From NCBI RefSeq assembly GCF_025526975.1, contig NW_026515690.1:62001-126000 (forward strand): a stretch of 64,000 bases of DNA. Direction: 5' to 3'. Below are positions 40,715 to 53,705 of the stretch, one piece after another. The first letter of the stretch is position 1. Each line of letters opens with the position of its first letter. Origin of the DNA: Fimicolochytrium jonesii. Lineage: Eukaryota. The notes beneath the pieces are model-generated. The model made no database searches, was not told the origin of the DNA, and saw only the letters and a list, made by a program, of their open reading frames with translations. The translations under genes were made by a program, and so were the position numbers.

Positions 40715-41701
40715 ATGTACGTCTTTCCCGCTCGTCTTGCATTCACTTAATCATACCGTCCTGACTAACAGGCTGTGCTTTAAGGGGACGGATTTGCCAA
40801 CTAGTAATGGGACCGGCCGGATCCGGCAAATCCACATACTGCTCTACGATCATCACACACGCCCAGACCACCAAACGAACAATACATCTGGTCAACCTGG
40901 ACCCCGCGGCCGACAAATTTGAGTATCAGCCAGCTGTGGACATTCGGGATCTTATCAGTGTCGATGATGTGCAGGAGGAGTTGGGATATGGACCCAATGG
41001 GGCTATGATCTACTGTTTGGAGTACTTGATACAAAATATCGACTTCCTGGAAGAAGGTAGGCGGGATGTAGCGTGTATACCTCTCCAACCTCAATTTTTC
41101 GGTGCGGTTAACTGATAGCCTCTCTGTCATCTATCTGTTGTCTGGAACAGAGCTAGGGAATCAGGAAGATGACTACCTCCTCCTAGATCTCCCCGGCCAA
41201 ATCGAACTCTACACCGCGCACCCCATCATCCCCTCCCTCGTGAGCACACTCCACCGCCTCGACTACCGCGTATGCGGCGTCTACCTCCTCGACTCGACCT
41301 TCATCGACTCCCCGCCCAAATTCTTCTCCGGCGTCCTCTCCGCCATGTCCGCCATGGTCCAGCTCGAAATCCCGCATATCAACGTGCTCTCCAAAGTCGA
41401 CCTGCTGCCACCACAGGCCAAAAAGTCGCTCGACAAGTACCTCAACCCTGACAGGGAGCTGCTTGTGGGCGATATCACCGCCACGACCCGCCCGAAGTTT
41501 CACGCATTGAACGAGGCGCTGGTGCAGCTGATTGAGGAGTACAACATGGTCTCGTTCATTCCGATGAATATTCAGGATGAGGATAGTATTGAGTTGGTGC
41601 TGAGTTGTGTTGATAATGCGGTGCAGTATGGGGAGGATTTGGAACCCAAGGAACCGGTGGATGAGTGGGAGCAGGAGGAGGATGGGTCGGAGGAGTATTA
41701 G
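40715..41701 (+). CDS. GPN3: GPN-loop GTPase 3
   Basis: [61 protein letters not shown]. Confidence 0.95.
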
Positions 41702-42127
41702 GCCCTTGGCCTTACGGATGCCCGTCCCGCTAATCTAGGGATGTAGGGTTGTTACCATAGAATGTACATATTTCGTTATTATTATTATCAACTGTGTCCT
41801 TTGCTACGCAACGTTCGATTCTCCAAATGGTGTGGTTGGCGTCGGCGTTGGGATCCGTGCCATGCACGCAGGTCCGAGGGACACAAATGATCCGGCATGG
41901 TGTATGGAGTTCGGGCGAGCGATGCCTCGAGTTTCAGGGAAATCATGTTCACAACCCAAACGGAAGTATGAATCCTATTTACATCTCCTAATTCTCTCGC
42001 TGCATGCGCTCATATGGCAAGAAGAAAAGGCTAATTACCGTCCTCTTCCTACGCCCGAATCCGTGATCAAACTACGTATAGAGTCTAGCGACGTCCTAGA
42101 CATGGTCTGTAACAGGATAAGCACTTC

Positions 42128-44130
42128 TTACAGCTCGTACCCTTCCTCACATACAATAATGTCCCCTCCCTTTGCTGTCCGCAACGCATGAGCCGCGCGC
42201 CGAGCGTCGCGGCGAAACACATCTGAACCGCATAGGAACACGAGGGTTCGTCCGGAAGGCGCAACGTGAGATTCAAGGAGATCTGTTTCATATAGCGTGT
42301 GACGAGATGGTTAGTGAAGCTTCCCTACAAGTTCGTAAATAAAGCGCGATGGACGAACGAGCTTACCTGAAAACACCATCCGACCTTGGTGAGGCAGCGG
42401 CAGCGGTGTGCTGTGCACCACATCGGCTTTGGCATCTTGAGCTGTCTCCGCTGATGCGATGTTAGTTTGGATCATATCGGTGTTGATGGTTGTTGCGCCC
42501 GTGTGGTAAAGATGAACATCTGCGCCTTCCTGGTTCAACTCTATAAAACGGATTGGAGAATGGAGATGAGTTCAATCTTATGTCAAGGATGAGAAAGTAT
42601 GTATAGAATGCTGAATGCAAACCTTCCACGAGCGAGACACGCTCAGACCCTTCCTCTCGTGAACTCCAGAACAGCTTGACGGAGGGCACGCCAGCTTTCA
42701 GCGCCCCGCGCGCGACACCCATGCCCGGTGCGAGACCGGTGCCGCCGACAAAGCACAGCACAGCTGCGCACCTTTCCATCGCTTCGAGGGGTGTCCCGAA
42801 GGGCCCATCAATGCGAAAAGTTACGTTCGGCGACGCGATTTTGGCTCCGCCGTGTTCTACATCCGAAGCGCCGAAGAGCCGAGCCGCCAACGCGTTCTCG
42901 AATTCCTTTGTTTTCCCTTCCTTTGGTCTGAACATGATAGTCGCCGTTTCCGATCCGGGCGCCTGAGCCATCGAGTACGGGTGCCATTCGAGCTTGGACA
43001 CCGCGGGACAATTGACAAACACCCACTGGCCCGGTTTGCAGGCACCAAAGACTTCTGTGGGCCACGCAAAATCCACGCGGACGTGACCGGTCGGCTCACG
43101 CGTGACGTGCCGTATATCGACGGGACGTACGAACCGGCCGAGACGGAGGAAGAGGTCGACAAAGTAGAGGCCTAGACCGGGGATCATGTAGTAGAAGTCG
43201 GAGGCCGCGTGGAGCCATGCAAAAAGCATGGAGGGGAAGACAAGGAAGTGAGAGTAGTAGAAGAGGTTGAAAAAGGCGCGGCGGACGGGGGGGAGGGAGG
43301 TGAAGAAGACGGGAGCTAGGATGAGGGTGGAATAGGTGCCCATTGTTGTCATCCAGCTGGTGGAGGGAGTACCGGGCGATTGTGTCAGTTCGGGCGGCCA
43401 GCGAGAAGATGTATTTGAAAACGGAAAAACAACGTACTTTCCCTCGCCCCACCCAAGAGGATGATCGTGGGTCGCCGATTTCTGACTCCCGTAGAACAAG
43501 ACAGAGAGGAGATCCTCTCGCGTGCGATACTGTGCAGTATAAACCACATACAGAATAGTATGCATAGCCACTGCGAGCACGAGGAAGTATCCCATGAACC
43601 GATGGACACGTATGCTCTTCTCATATGATACTCCCAGCAGGGTCTGCAATGCAGTGTTCTTTGCACTGAACAGCATGGTGACACCCAAGGCGACATCGGT
43701 CAGCTTTCCGGTAAACATGGCGGAGAAGAAAGCCTTGCGGCGCGCCGGCACGAGTTTACGTTTCAAGTAGGCTGGCGACGACAGGAGGTCCTCGACTTTG
43801 AACCAGAAGTAGACAAAGTTGAAGAGTAGGAGCATGGCGAGGGACGTGAAGGTGAGGACTTCGCCGACACTGGTGCCTGCTATTGGACGGCGGAGGAAGG
43901 CGTGCAAATACGGTTTCTTGCGGGCCTATACAGAAAACGAACATCGCGGATGTGAGCACCGGGCAAAATCTTCCCCCTTGGAGGAACTTGCACTCGTCAC
44001 TTACACAAGCCATGATCAAGATCAGTGTCGCCATCCACGCGTAGAAGACCCCCAGGGCGACTTGAGAGTGGGTCTTGGCCATCGGCTGAACATGTTCAAT
44101 GCAAAAGTCAGCGTAGCAGGGTATCTCCAT
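42128..44130 (-). CDS. Ferric reductase-like flavocytochrome (FRE/NOX superfamily)
   Basis: TM His residues (RVHRFMG, AMHT, YYSHFL, WLHA), FAD motif EWHPYS, IDGPFG, NADPH motif GGTGLAP, terminal exon VFLCGS...EEGYEL*. Confidence 0.9.
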
Positions 44131-44691
44131 GAGGACATAGCCAAGTATGGCGCTCAGGGGGACTACATGTAGATGGTAGGCGAAGGGAAGTAGACGTCAG
44201 ATATTCCCTGTTTTTTAGACAGCTGACGACTAGCGCCACCCAAACCTCGAACCGCTAGACGAGTCACTTACCTATGGCTATGGCGGCCACTGAAGCGACG
44301 ACAGCCGCAGGGGAGTCGAGGCCATAGTGGCGTGCTCTCTCCATGAACATTACTAGTAGCGACCTGTGCGGTGGGAGTGAAGTTCAACGCGAGACTGACA
44401 CGCTGTATTTTTGCCCACCGAGACAGTTTTGCCCTCTTTGCGAAAAGGAAGAGCGAAAGGACTCTCCAGGTCACGTGAACGGCAGACCAACCGACCCGTC
44501 CTGGGACCCGTCGGAAACATCATGCGAGCATCCACCCCAAACATTCCCGTCGCCATCTCAACATCGCACATCCGGACTGCACTCGCATAACTAGCCATCC
44601 ACACCGCTGGCCTTACGAATACTGCACAGGCTACGTTGTATTACATACGCTCCTCCTTCTTGTGTCTACACCTCCCCCGCCGACTGAATAA

Positions 44692-45684
44692 ATGGCTCCT
44701 CCAAAAGCGAAGCCATACGTCCTTCCCACCGACTTTAACCTTCCCGCGTCGCCGGCGCCGTTCGACGCTTCTCCCGTTGTCGGCGAAAGTCCGGCAAGAG
44801 CAGCATCCGTCTCTTCACCGCGCCGAACAAGGGCCGTACAGGGGTCCTCTCTGGGAGGGCTAACGTTTATCACGCTGCGAGCTGCTGACCCAGTGATACA
44901 GTACCTCATCTACAAGCAGGGTATGTTGCGTCGCGACTGAAATCGTGCTTCAAGAACAGAAGACGTTTGATAAGGACGGATACTGATTACGATATTTTGT
45001 GATTGCAGGGTGGGGCCACGCTGTATTTGGACTCTTTGGGCTGACCGCCGCGACCCCACATATCGGCATATTATCGCCACGGCAAAAGCTTTTTGTGGGC
45101 TTTGCAGCTGTGGGCGCTGCTAGACATGTAAGCCCTATGCGTGTGTCTCTGCACCGTTTACCTGAGGACCGTGCTCACGCCGATTTTTCATCTCGAAGGT
45201 CTTCTGGTTCCTTTCCATCCGCGAATCACCCATGTCGGCTCTCAACGCAATCCACGTCACCGTGTTCAACCTCATCGCCGATACATCTAACACCTTACTC
45301 TCTCTAGCAATACCAGGGTGGCATCTGTCCACCTACCAGCTCATCGGGTCAGCTATGTTTGCCATCGGGTCAGCCATAGAAACCCTATCCGAGCTGCAAC
45401 GGAAATGGTTCCGACGAAAACCCGAAAACCGGAATGCGATTGTCGATGTCGGGCTGTGGAGGGTAGCGAGGCATATAAACTATGCGGGATACGTGCTGTG
45501 GAGGGGCGGCTATGCGGTTTCCACGGCAAACTTGTACGCTGCATGGAACCCGCTCATGCATCTGTGGGATTTCTCGGTGCGGGGAATACCGGTACTCGAG
45601 CATTACATGGCTTTGAAGCATAAGGAGAAGTGGGTGGAGCACAAGCAGACCGTCCCATACAAGCTGATACCCTTCATCTGGTGA
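44692..45684 (+). CDS. DUF1295 / steroid 5-alpha-reductase-like membrane protein
   Basis: IETLSELQRKWF, GLWRVARHINYAGYVLW, VPYKLIPFIW*. Two introns. Confidence 0.82.
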
Positions 45685-46277
45685 TAAGGTCTTTTTCCAC
45701 TCGGGGGGCATATATGTAGGATTCCACCCTGGTGCTCGGCGCTCTCTGCGGCTTCATGGTTTGATCGATTCCGAAAAGCCTTGCGGCATAATGTCACGTC
45801 CGACGACTTCATCAACTCCACAATCTCTTGTCTTTTTGGGATCCTTTTGCACACGAGTTGTGATTTCCAGTATTTTCGGGGTCCGGGAAAGTAAGGGGCC
45901 ATCTCAAGCGGTATGAGAGAATCAAGCACAGGCTCCTGCCAGGTGCCCCACACGCGTGCAACTCTAAAGTGCCACTTGATGTGTTCACACAAGCGGTTGT
46001 AGATCTCAAGATCGAGCCCATTGGCAGTCCAGCTTGGGATCAGTCCAAGAATCCTCGCTTGCAGCTCCGTGAATGTCCGTACAATTAATGCCATGTATCG
46101 CCGTTGTATAGTCTCATCCGCAAACTCTGTCCCTTTGCCCTTGATGCTATTAGGTTTGAAGTTTTTCATAATACCATCAATGTGCATAACATCGGGCATC
46201 TGATAATGCGACTCTGCTTCGCTCCATCCTTGCACTCGTTTGACAACGTTGCCGTTCGAACTTGAATGTTCAGAGCT

Positions 46278-46787
46278 TCACACTTCACCACCAATCAATG
46301 CCTTCACATTCTCCAACGGCCGGCCAACAACAGCCTTCCCGTTAGCCCAATCGACCACCAATGGCCTCTGCAGCCTCTTCCTCACGTCCTGCATCACGAC
46401 GCGTACGATAGCGTCCACATCCTCGTCTGATACATTAGCGCCTTCTCCATCGACCTCATCCCATCGCACGACTTCTTTCCTGTGTCCTACGGGCATGAGA
46501 CTGCAAACTTTTGTCAATTCATCGAGTGCCGGGAGGGTGGAGGTGTAGTCTACAATGTGGAGGGTGGATGGCGAGAGTACAGAGTTGAGGAAGGTGAGCG
46601 TCGCGTTGGACTTTGAGCACGAGGGATTGTGATAGAGGGTGAAGCGAGGAGCAGAGCTTGTTGTGGAGGACATTGTGCAGACAGTGAGGGCGGTTGGTCG
46701 GAGGAGGAGAAGGCGGGCCGTAAGAGGATGGCGGAGGTAAGACAAGAACGGTGATGGAGGTGTGCGCGCGGACGGTTTGAGCAGCAT
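46278..46787 (-). CDS. ArsC family (glutaredoxin-type arsenate reductase-like) protein, intronless
   Basis: TLYHNPSCSKS, IVDY, VVR, LQRPLVV, GKAVVGRPLENV. Possible N-terminal presequence; alternative ATG at 46673. Confidence 0.85.
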   Translation of the reverse strand: MLLKPSARTPPSPFLSYLRHPLTARLLLLRPTALTVCTMSSTTSSAPRFTLYHNPSCSKSNATLTFLNSVLSPSTLHIVDYTSTLPALDELTKVCSLMPVGHRKEVVRWDEVDGEGANVSDEDVDAIVRVVMQDVRKRLQRPLVVDWANGKAVVGRPLENVKALIGGEV

Positions 46788-47379
46788 TCACGAGGAGGAA
46801 ACTTGTACAGAACTTTATACTTTGTTCCTCAACCTGCAGTGGCTATATGGACTCGGAGGGTTTCAAAAGTGTGTTCCGAGACGTTATTCGGAGACTGATA
46901 AATGTGCTGGATTCTTGGTCGTTGAGAACCTTTGGAGAATGTCGGGAGGGGAGCCATTCTCAGAGCCATCCGACGGGAGCGTGAAATAAGATTCATTTGG
47001 ACGTCCTCTTCGAGCCCTCTTTTCGTGCCCCGCCGAACGTGGGGAATTCTCAAACAGTGATGCGACATTGGAGCCACCCAACAGCAACACCCTCAACAAG
47101 CCTCGCAGCGGCTCCTCGAAGGCTCATCATATCCCCCCGCCGTTTACCGTTTACTGGAGAGATTCCGAGTTCGCTTCGGTGTCAGGAACGCCATTGGAAA
47201 TTGCGAACTCACAACTCGCCCCTTGTTCCCAGCAACTCGAGCTCGTGGGAACATTCACTCTGCAATCATCTCCATTGAAGGCGCTGCTTACAAAGGATAT
47301 CAACCGCTAACTCGCTACTTCAAAGAAAAGGGCGGGAGTGGTTGTTGGCTCGTCGTCGGTACCCATCATTGAGGACGGA

Positions 47380-50261
47380 ATGGCGGGTGGAGCCCCGGAG
47401 GCAGGAGGAAATGACGAGGACATTGTCACCGACGATAACGGTGACGATAAGCCGACTACGACGATAATAGTAACGAATGCCACCGAAGACCCTTTGCGGC
47501 TCGAAACCCCGGGGACCGCTCACCCGAAATTGATTGAAAGCCTTGTGCACGATTCAAATACGAGCACTCCCACGACTTTGTCTGAAACCACGTGCACGTC
47601 AAGTGCATCCTCCTCCTCCTGCGACTGTTCCACATGCTCCTCTGCTCGCTCCTCTCCAGGGCCTTCGCGTCCCCGCAGCGCGGTGTCGTTGCGGCTCGAG
47701 AACAATGTCGAGCTTTCGGCTCGACCATCGCGACATTCCCACGACGATGACCGCTGTTCCTCGTCATCGTCGTCCAACGTGGAAAATGATGCCCTTCATA
47801 ACCAGCACTCGCATAATACCCACAGCGCACCCGTATCTCCGTCTCCGCTCGCAGGCCTCATGCCGGGAACGAATCTCAGTGCGGAACGTCGAAAAGCAGC
47901 ACGCGAAAGGTTGCGGTCCGCCATGGCCGCTGTATCGACGGTGTCTATGAAGGAAAAGGAACGGCAATTACAACAACAACAACAACAGCAGGGTGACCGT
48001 GGCAGCAGCCGGGATTGGATTGGTGGTTTAAGCCCTGGGAGGGGACATAGCAAACGACCGAGTACGGATAGCACGGCGAGTCAACGTGAATCGACGGGTG
48101 GACGATCTGACACGCCGCAGATTGGGCCACCATCACCAAATATATCCACCCCTGCATCGACACCGACGCCTGCGCCGAATTTGGAGGAGATGGACGCAAA
48201 GAACAAAACCAGTCAACTGGGAACTCTCAGTGTCATTGCCGCCGCATCAGGTTCGTTTGTCCAGTCTGGCCTTTTGTCTTCCCTGAGTGTAGTTTGCTCA
48301 ATTTGGTCATTTCAGGCTGGGACATCAGACTTCGTGAACTCGTCATGCGCGAAGCGAAGCATGGTGAAGCCTCCGAACCACCATCACCAATACCACTGCG
48401 TGGAAAACTGAGCACTCGCGTCCGTTCCTTCACCACCTCAGCTCCCACCACCCCCACAAATCCGACGCCCTCGAAAAGCGCAGACGGCAGTACAGACGAC
48501 CTCACGGCAAATCCACTCCGTCGGAGAAGCTCAGTAGTCTCGCGTTACTCTGCCCTGTCGGGCTCGTGGGTGAGCATGGGCAGGAATAACTCGGAGTACT
48601 CGAGAACGAGATCGAAGGATGAAAGCTCGTTCCAACGCAGGAACTCGCATAGCCATTCGCCATTGCATGGCCGGTCTCCCAGTAGATCCGCGCCGGATGT
48701 CACAGTGTCCGCAAACCCCAGAACTGGCGAGGACGGCGATACAACCCAACAAGGCAATCAAATCCCTGCCGAAGACCAGGACCTCGAAGACTCCACCTTC
48801 ACGCACGAAGAAGGCGACATCCAACGCTCCCGCCACATCCGCCGCCGCACCACTGAATACACAACCATCGCCAACGCATTCGACGAACGGCTCCGCGAAA
48901 TCGTCCTCGAAGCAGCCGGCGGCCTCGAAAAAACCCGCCAGGCCGCTCGGTCCCGTAATAGCATCTCCTCCTCCGCTTCCCAATCGCACGATACCCCCCT
49001 CACACACCGACGACCCCTGTCACTCAACATCCAACGCCCGCGGACGCGATCGATGAGCGGGTCACATTTGGACGACCGGGATGAGCGATCGATACGCGTA
49101 CGCACCGCCCCGACGACGCCGCTGACGAGGCTTTCGAACTCGGCGCAGGATGTGTTGAGGAGAAGGAATGATGTTATTCCGTATCGGATGTCGCCGGGGG
49201 TGGCGGATGGGGATGGTGGTAGGGATTATATGGAGGGTGGGGAGGCGGGGAAGGCAAGGAAAGGGAGGTTTCAGGCGGCGTTGCAGTATGTGCCGGCGTC
49301 GCCTGTTACGCCGACGGGGGTTGAGTTGGACGGAGGTCGGGACACGGATATCAAAGTGGGATCGGCAGACACACTTATCACTAATCAGGCACTGATGTCT
49401 GGGGTGATGTCTGGGGTGATGTCTGGGGCCAGTTGCGACGCTGGCCCAGGGACGATTAGGAAGGCAAATCAATCGGAGCCGCCGGACGGACGAGGCGATT
49501 GCTCATCGCAGACCACACCGCTATCACCCCCAACTGTCCAACAACCTCCAACCTCTGCCTCGCCCACACCCGCCAACCGCCCAAAACCACCAACCCACAT
49601 CCCGACCCCAATCGTCGCCCTCTCACCACCACCCTCCTCAACCATCACCTTCAGCATTCCACATGTGCCGCAATCTCTAACGGCCGCAGCCGCGGAAGCA
49701 CAACCTGGACTTCATGACCCTAAGGTAGAGATCTCCCAGCCGGCGGAGATCACACCCACATCATCACCACCATCAAGGGAACAAGGCAGAGAGAAGGATG
49801 TAGATACATATACCCCTCCCTCTTTTACGGCCGAATATACACCACCAGCACCTGCAGCTGAAGAACAACTACATCCCTCACCAAGCCCCGCATCGGAATC
49901 ACACCCTTTCGATATACCCCCCGCCACGATCACACCCATGACGATCATAGCGCCCGCAAAGGGCGATTCGGCGGTGCATCTTCCGGACCCGTCAGCACCA
50001 TCCGAACAAGCAGACCCCGGTGTCGGCGTCGGCGTGGAGACGTCTTGGCGGTTTGTGCGACACACGGAAGTGAAAGTTCCGGAGGCTGTGGTTGGGGAGG
50101 TGAATATGAGCACTACCAGCGTTAGCACGGACATTTCGAAAGACATCTCTCAGATCCTGAAGACGGGAATGTATGAACAAGTGCATGAGGAAAAGACACA
50201 GGAGACTGTGGTGGAAGGATGGGATCTGTTGGATGAGGAGATGTTTATCAATTACCTTTGA
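47380..50261 (+). CDS. Large Ser/Pro/Arg-rich disordered protein of unknown function
   Basis: Two long ORFs joinable by a GT-AG intron (about 48251-48315). Start uncertain and may lie further upstream. Confidence 0.6.
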
Positions 50262-50449
50262 GCACCTGCAGACGTACGATGAGAAAGCGCGAAATCCTTT
50301 CCATTCCCACCCGCTTATATAGCTGTGCTTTCTTATACCCCCACTCGTTTCGGCGCATATCACATAATGATACATACATTCAATACATACATACATAGAG
50401 GTAATATATTCACGTCCCAAAAAGTATGTACACCCTCTCTCGATGCCCA

Positions 50450-51276
50450 TCACTCAAATCCCGGCACACTCCGAATAAACCGTCCCAAATGCCCCTTGAA
50501 AAGCTCACTCTGCACCGGCTCAACCCCCTGCGCCCTCAACGCCTCCGCGAGCGGGTTACGCGTAACATACTCGACGTAGATCTGGGCATAGATCGTGCGG
50601 AGGGTTTCCTTCATTGCGGCAGAGTCGAGCGTCGGGTCGGTGTTGAGAACGAATTTGAGGCCCGTGGGGGTTTCGAAGTAGTGCAGTTTATAGGTGCTGG
50701 TGCGGTAGGAGAGGAAGCCTTCCGAGCTGGAGGGTTGGGAGATAGGTGAAATGAGCGAGATGTCGTCCGGTTCGACACGAATGCTCGGTGCACACTCTCT
50801 GGTGCCCACTATTCCTCGGTTCGCTCGCTGGCAAAATCAAGCGGTGCCACGCTCACGACCGCAGCTCATATCTCTCCTCGGCACTCTCCTTCAAATTAAA
50901 GGACCCGCTCCCCCCGCTTCCCTCTCTTCCCTCTCTCCACATACATACCCAGCCTTCGCGCTCAACCGATTCACCAAATTCTTCAATGAAAACACAACCC
51001 CGTACACCAGTTTCGCCTCCTCCTCTAGACTCATCCCCGTCGCGCCCAACGTATCCTTCATCGACTGTGGTTTCGTCTCCGACGGCGTTACCGATGGTTG
51101 GGATTGTGATGATGGTGGGTTTTGTGATACGGGTGTTTTTGTCCAGGGGGCGAAGAAGACGCAGCGGCAGTGCCGGTCGAAGATGTAGAGATTGTAAATC
51201 TGTAGGGATGGGAGGGGGGAGGGGATGAATGGCGGTGATGTGGGGGGTAACACAACTCGCTGGGAGTTACCGTCAT
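50450..51276 (-). CDS. BET5: TRAPP complex subunit Bet5/TRAPPC1 (sybindin family)
   Basis: IYNLYIFDRHC, EEEAKLVYGVVFSLKNLV, SYRTSTYKLHYFETPTGLKFVLNTDP, IYVEYVTRNPL. Confidence 0.95.
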
Positions 51277-51500
51277 TGTTTACGAAGTTGAGGGACGGAG
51301 CGACAACGGTAAGGAGGGAGAGGGCCGAGAGTACCCAAGGGTATTCAGAGTGTATGGGGAGGCGTGAGGGTCAAGTGTTCAGGTGGCCGATGTGTGTGCG
51401 AGACAGAGTTGCGGTGATGCCGCTGCGACACTTGCCGGAGAAGTAACTGCTTCAACGCGTGGGAATTTCAGCATCACTCCATTAGCATGGCCAGACAGCA

Positions 51501-52757
51501 ATGACAACCGCCCAAGAGCAACACATACAGCGACAGGGAGAGGAAGCAGCACGAACACAAGGTCAAGCGAAAGAAGGAGGAAGCACGCCCATAGCACCCG
51601 ACGTCCTCGACGCTTCACATGCCCTGCTCTCCCTTGCTCGCCCACTCACAGACCCAGTACCGGAAGTCGTGGCCGGAGGTGGAAATGGTATAGTGATCGA
51701 CATGCAGCAACAGCAGCCGTCAAGCCGGGGAACGGGTCCGCGGGGCAAGCGGAAGGTCGGAGAGGAGGGAGGAGATGACATGCTGACTGGGGCACAGAAA
51801 CGGAAACGGAAACGGAAACGTCCCACGCGAGAGAGTGGGGAAGTGACAGAGACGGCAGCGACAGGCCTCACTCACCAAGCTGACGGAAATGCGCTTGTGG
51901 AGGCGGCGATACCGAGCGAATTTGGAGGGCCGTATACGGGTAGTGAGAACGACACGATGGCCGAGGTGCTGGATTCCGCCGACAATGAAGCAGGAGATAC
52001 GACGGATGGGGAAGAAACTCCATTGTCGGATACTGGTTCGACATTGGACGGCCATCTAAGCGTTGGTCAAGGCGTCGTCGGAGGACCCGGCGGTGGTGTT
52101 CCCGTCCATATTCCCATCCTCCCATCATCGATCAGCCGACAAGTACCAGAATCCATCACATTACCTCACGAATCCATACCTACCACCACTCCAGCACCGA
52201 CCATCCGCCGCCAATCCGGTCCCCCAGCACCACCTCCCACCCCCGTCACCCTTCACCACCTCTACGACTCCATTCTCACGCAACCCCCCTCCCCCACCAC
52301 AACCCGCTTCCACTGCCCCTTCCCCACCTGCCCGCGCACCTTCTCCAAGCGCTACAATCTGCGCCAACACTTCTCCTCCATCCACGCACGCACCCAAGAC
52401 CGACGGTACAAATGCACCCAGTGCGACATGGATTTCAGCAGGAAATACGATCTGCAGCGACATGTGGGGAACCTACACCCAAGTGAGCGGTTGGTGAAGC
52501 TGGCGAGGGACTGTTGGGGCTTGGTGGAAAGGTTGAGGCATTTGACGGCGGTCAGGGAGACAGTTGCTATGGCGTATTCGGCCTTTGAGGGTGGGGTCGA
52601 CGGGGAAAGCGGGTATGATGATGATGGTGCGAATACGTTGGATGGGCTGGATGAAGGGAGCGATGATGTTACTTCCTCGGACGCAGAACCATCACCATCA
52701 ATGCTCGCTGCTGCTGCCGCCGCCGCCGCTGCACTCGCGCTGGCTTTCTCTCGCTAG
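51501..52757 (+). CDS. C2H2 zinc-finger transcription factor
   Basis: CPFPTCPRTFSKRYNLRQHFSSIH and CTQCDMDFSRKYDLQRHVGNLH; basic NLS KRKRKRKR. Confidence 0.85.
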   Translation: MTTAQEQHIQRQGEEAARTQGQAKEGGSTPIAPDVLDASHALLSLARPLTDPVPEVVAGGGNGIVIDMQQQQPSSRGTGPRGKRKVGEEGGDDMLTGAQKRKRKRKRPTRESGEVTETAATGLTHQADGNALVEAAIPSEFGGPYTGSENDTMAEVLDSADNEAGDTTDGEETPLSDTGSTLDGHLSVGQGVVGGPGGGVPVHIPILPSSISRQVPESITLPHESIPTTTPAPTIRRQSGPPAPPPTPVTLHHLYDSILTQPPSPTTTRFHCPFPTCPRTFSKRYNLRQHFSSIHARTQDRRYKCTQCDMDFSRKYDLQRHVGNLHPSERLVKLARDCWGLVERLRHLTAVRETVAMAYSAFEGGVDGESGYDDDGANTLDGLDEGSDDVTSSDAEPSPSMLAAAAAAAAALALAFSR

Positions 52758-53705
52758 TCCAGAATAATGCCTACCGCGAACTTCCATCAACATCCCTGTG
52801 TCGAGATCACGTTCGCAGTCAAGTTGCAAAGAAACACCTATTTCCCCGTGCCTCAAAATCCTTGAATGTATTCTGTACAACTGATACCCACTTTTCTTTG
52901 GTGAGGATTTGGGGCGGCGGACAATATATACCCGTGTGCTATACTCCATACGATGGACCTCAAATGCGCATTTGATATCGTGGCCTAAATCGATTTGTCT
53001 TTTCACGTTGTTACTGTACATTTACAGTGCCAAGCTCAGCGCGGAGACACCGAGGCCGTGGCCGTATCTGCATTTTATGCTACTGGCTCCCTGTTCATCA
53101 GAACCACCCAATCCACCCCTACCACCTATTTATACATCATCCATCAACTGAGCACGCCCCCCGACCCTCGGGTAGTGATGCAACGAGTTATGGTCCTTTC
53201 CGGACATTGCGGTGTCCATACGCCGTCGCAAAACATCAGCACGCCAAAACACGCAGGTATAGTACATTCGCCATCTCTACGCCCTTCGCACCAAACGCCC
53301 CAGCGGCTCGAACGCAAACGGTGTCGGCGTCGATTCTTCAGCACACCGATTTCTAAACCTCCCAGAGCATAACCCGTAGCGGATCGGTGACTCTGTTCCA
53401 TTTAGGTAGTCGTAGTGGGGCAACGCGTGGCGTGTTGCGCGTTCATTGATCGCAAGGTCCGTAGGTGATGTAAGCGGGTGTCGGCGAGCTCACAGGTCAG
53501 GTGTAGGTTTGCAGGGGTTCGCAGCCGGATTTCGCCGGGGAGGGTGTCGCTTCGGGTTTCGCAAGTGTTGTGGAGGGGCTGCGTCGTCCGATCCAACGCT
53601 TTTGTTCCATCTGCGCGGTTTGTTTTCCGTTTCCTTTCGCACCATGTGCTGTCCCTCCAACGCGCCCATTTCCTTTCCACCGGGGGTTACCCCTTCCATC
53701 AGATT

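Noticed and set aside
42128..46787. Ferric reductase, DUF1295 and ArsC as tailoring enzymes for the peptide precursor
   Set aside because: They lie more than 12 kb away behind housekeeping genes and are not families known to mature fungal RiPPs.
49393..49428. 12-bp tandem repeat x3 (TGATGTCTGGGG)
   Set aside because: In-frame slippage repeat (MSGV) in a disordered protein; unremarkable.
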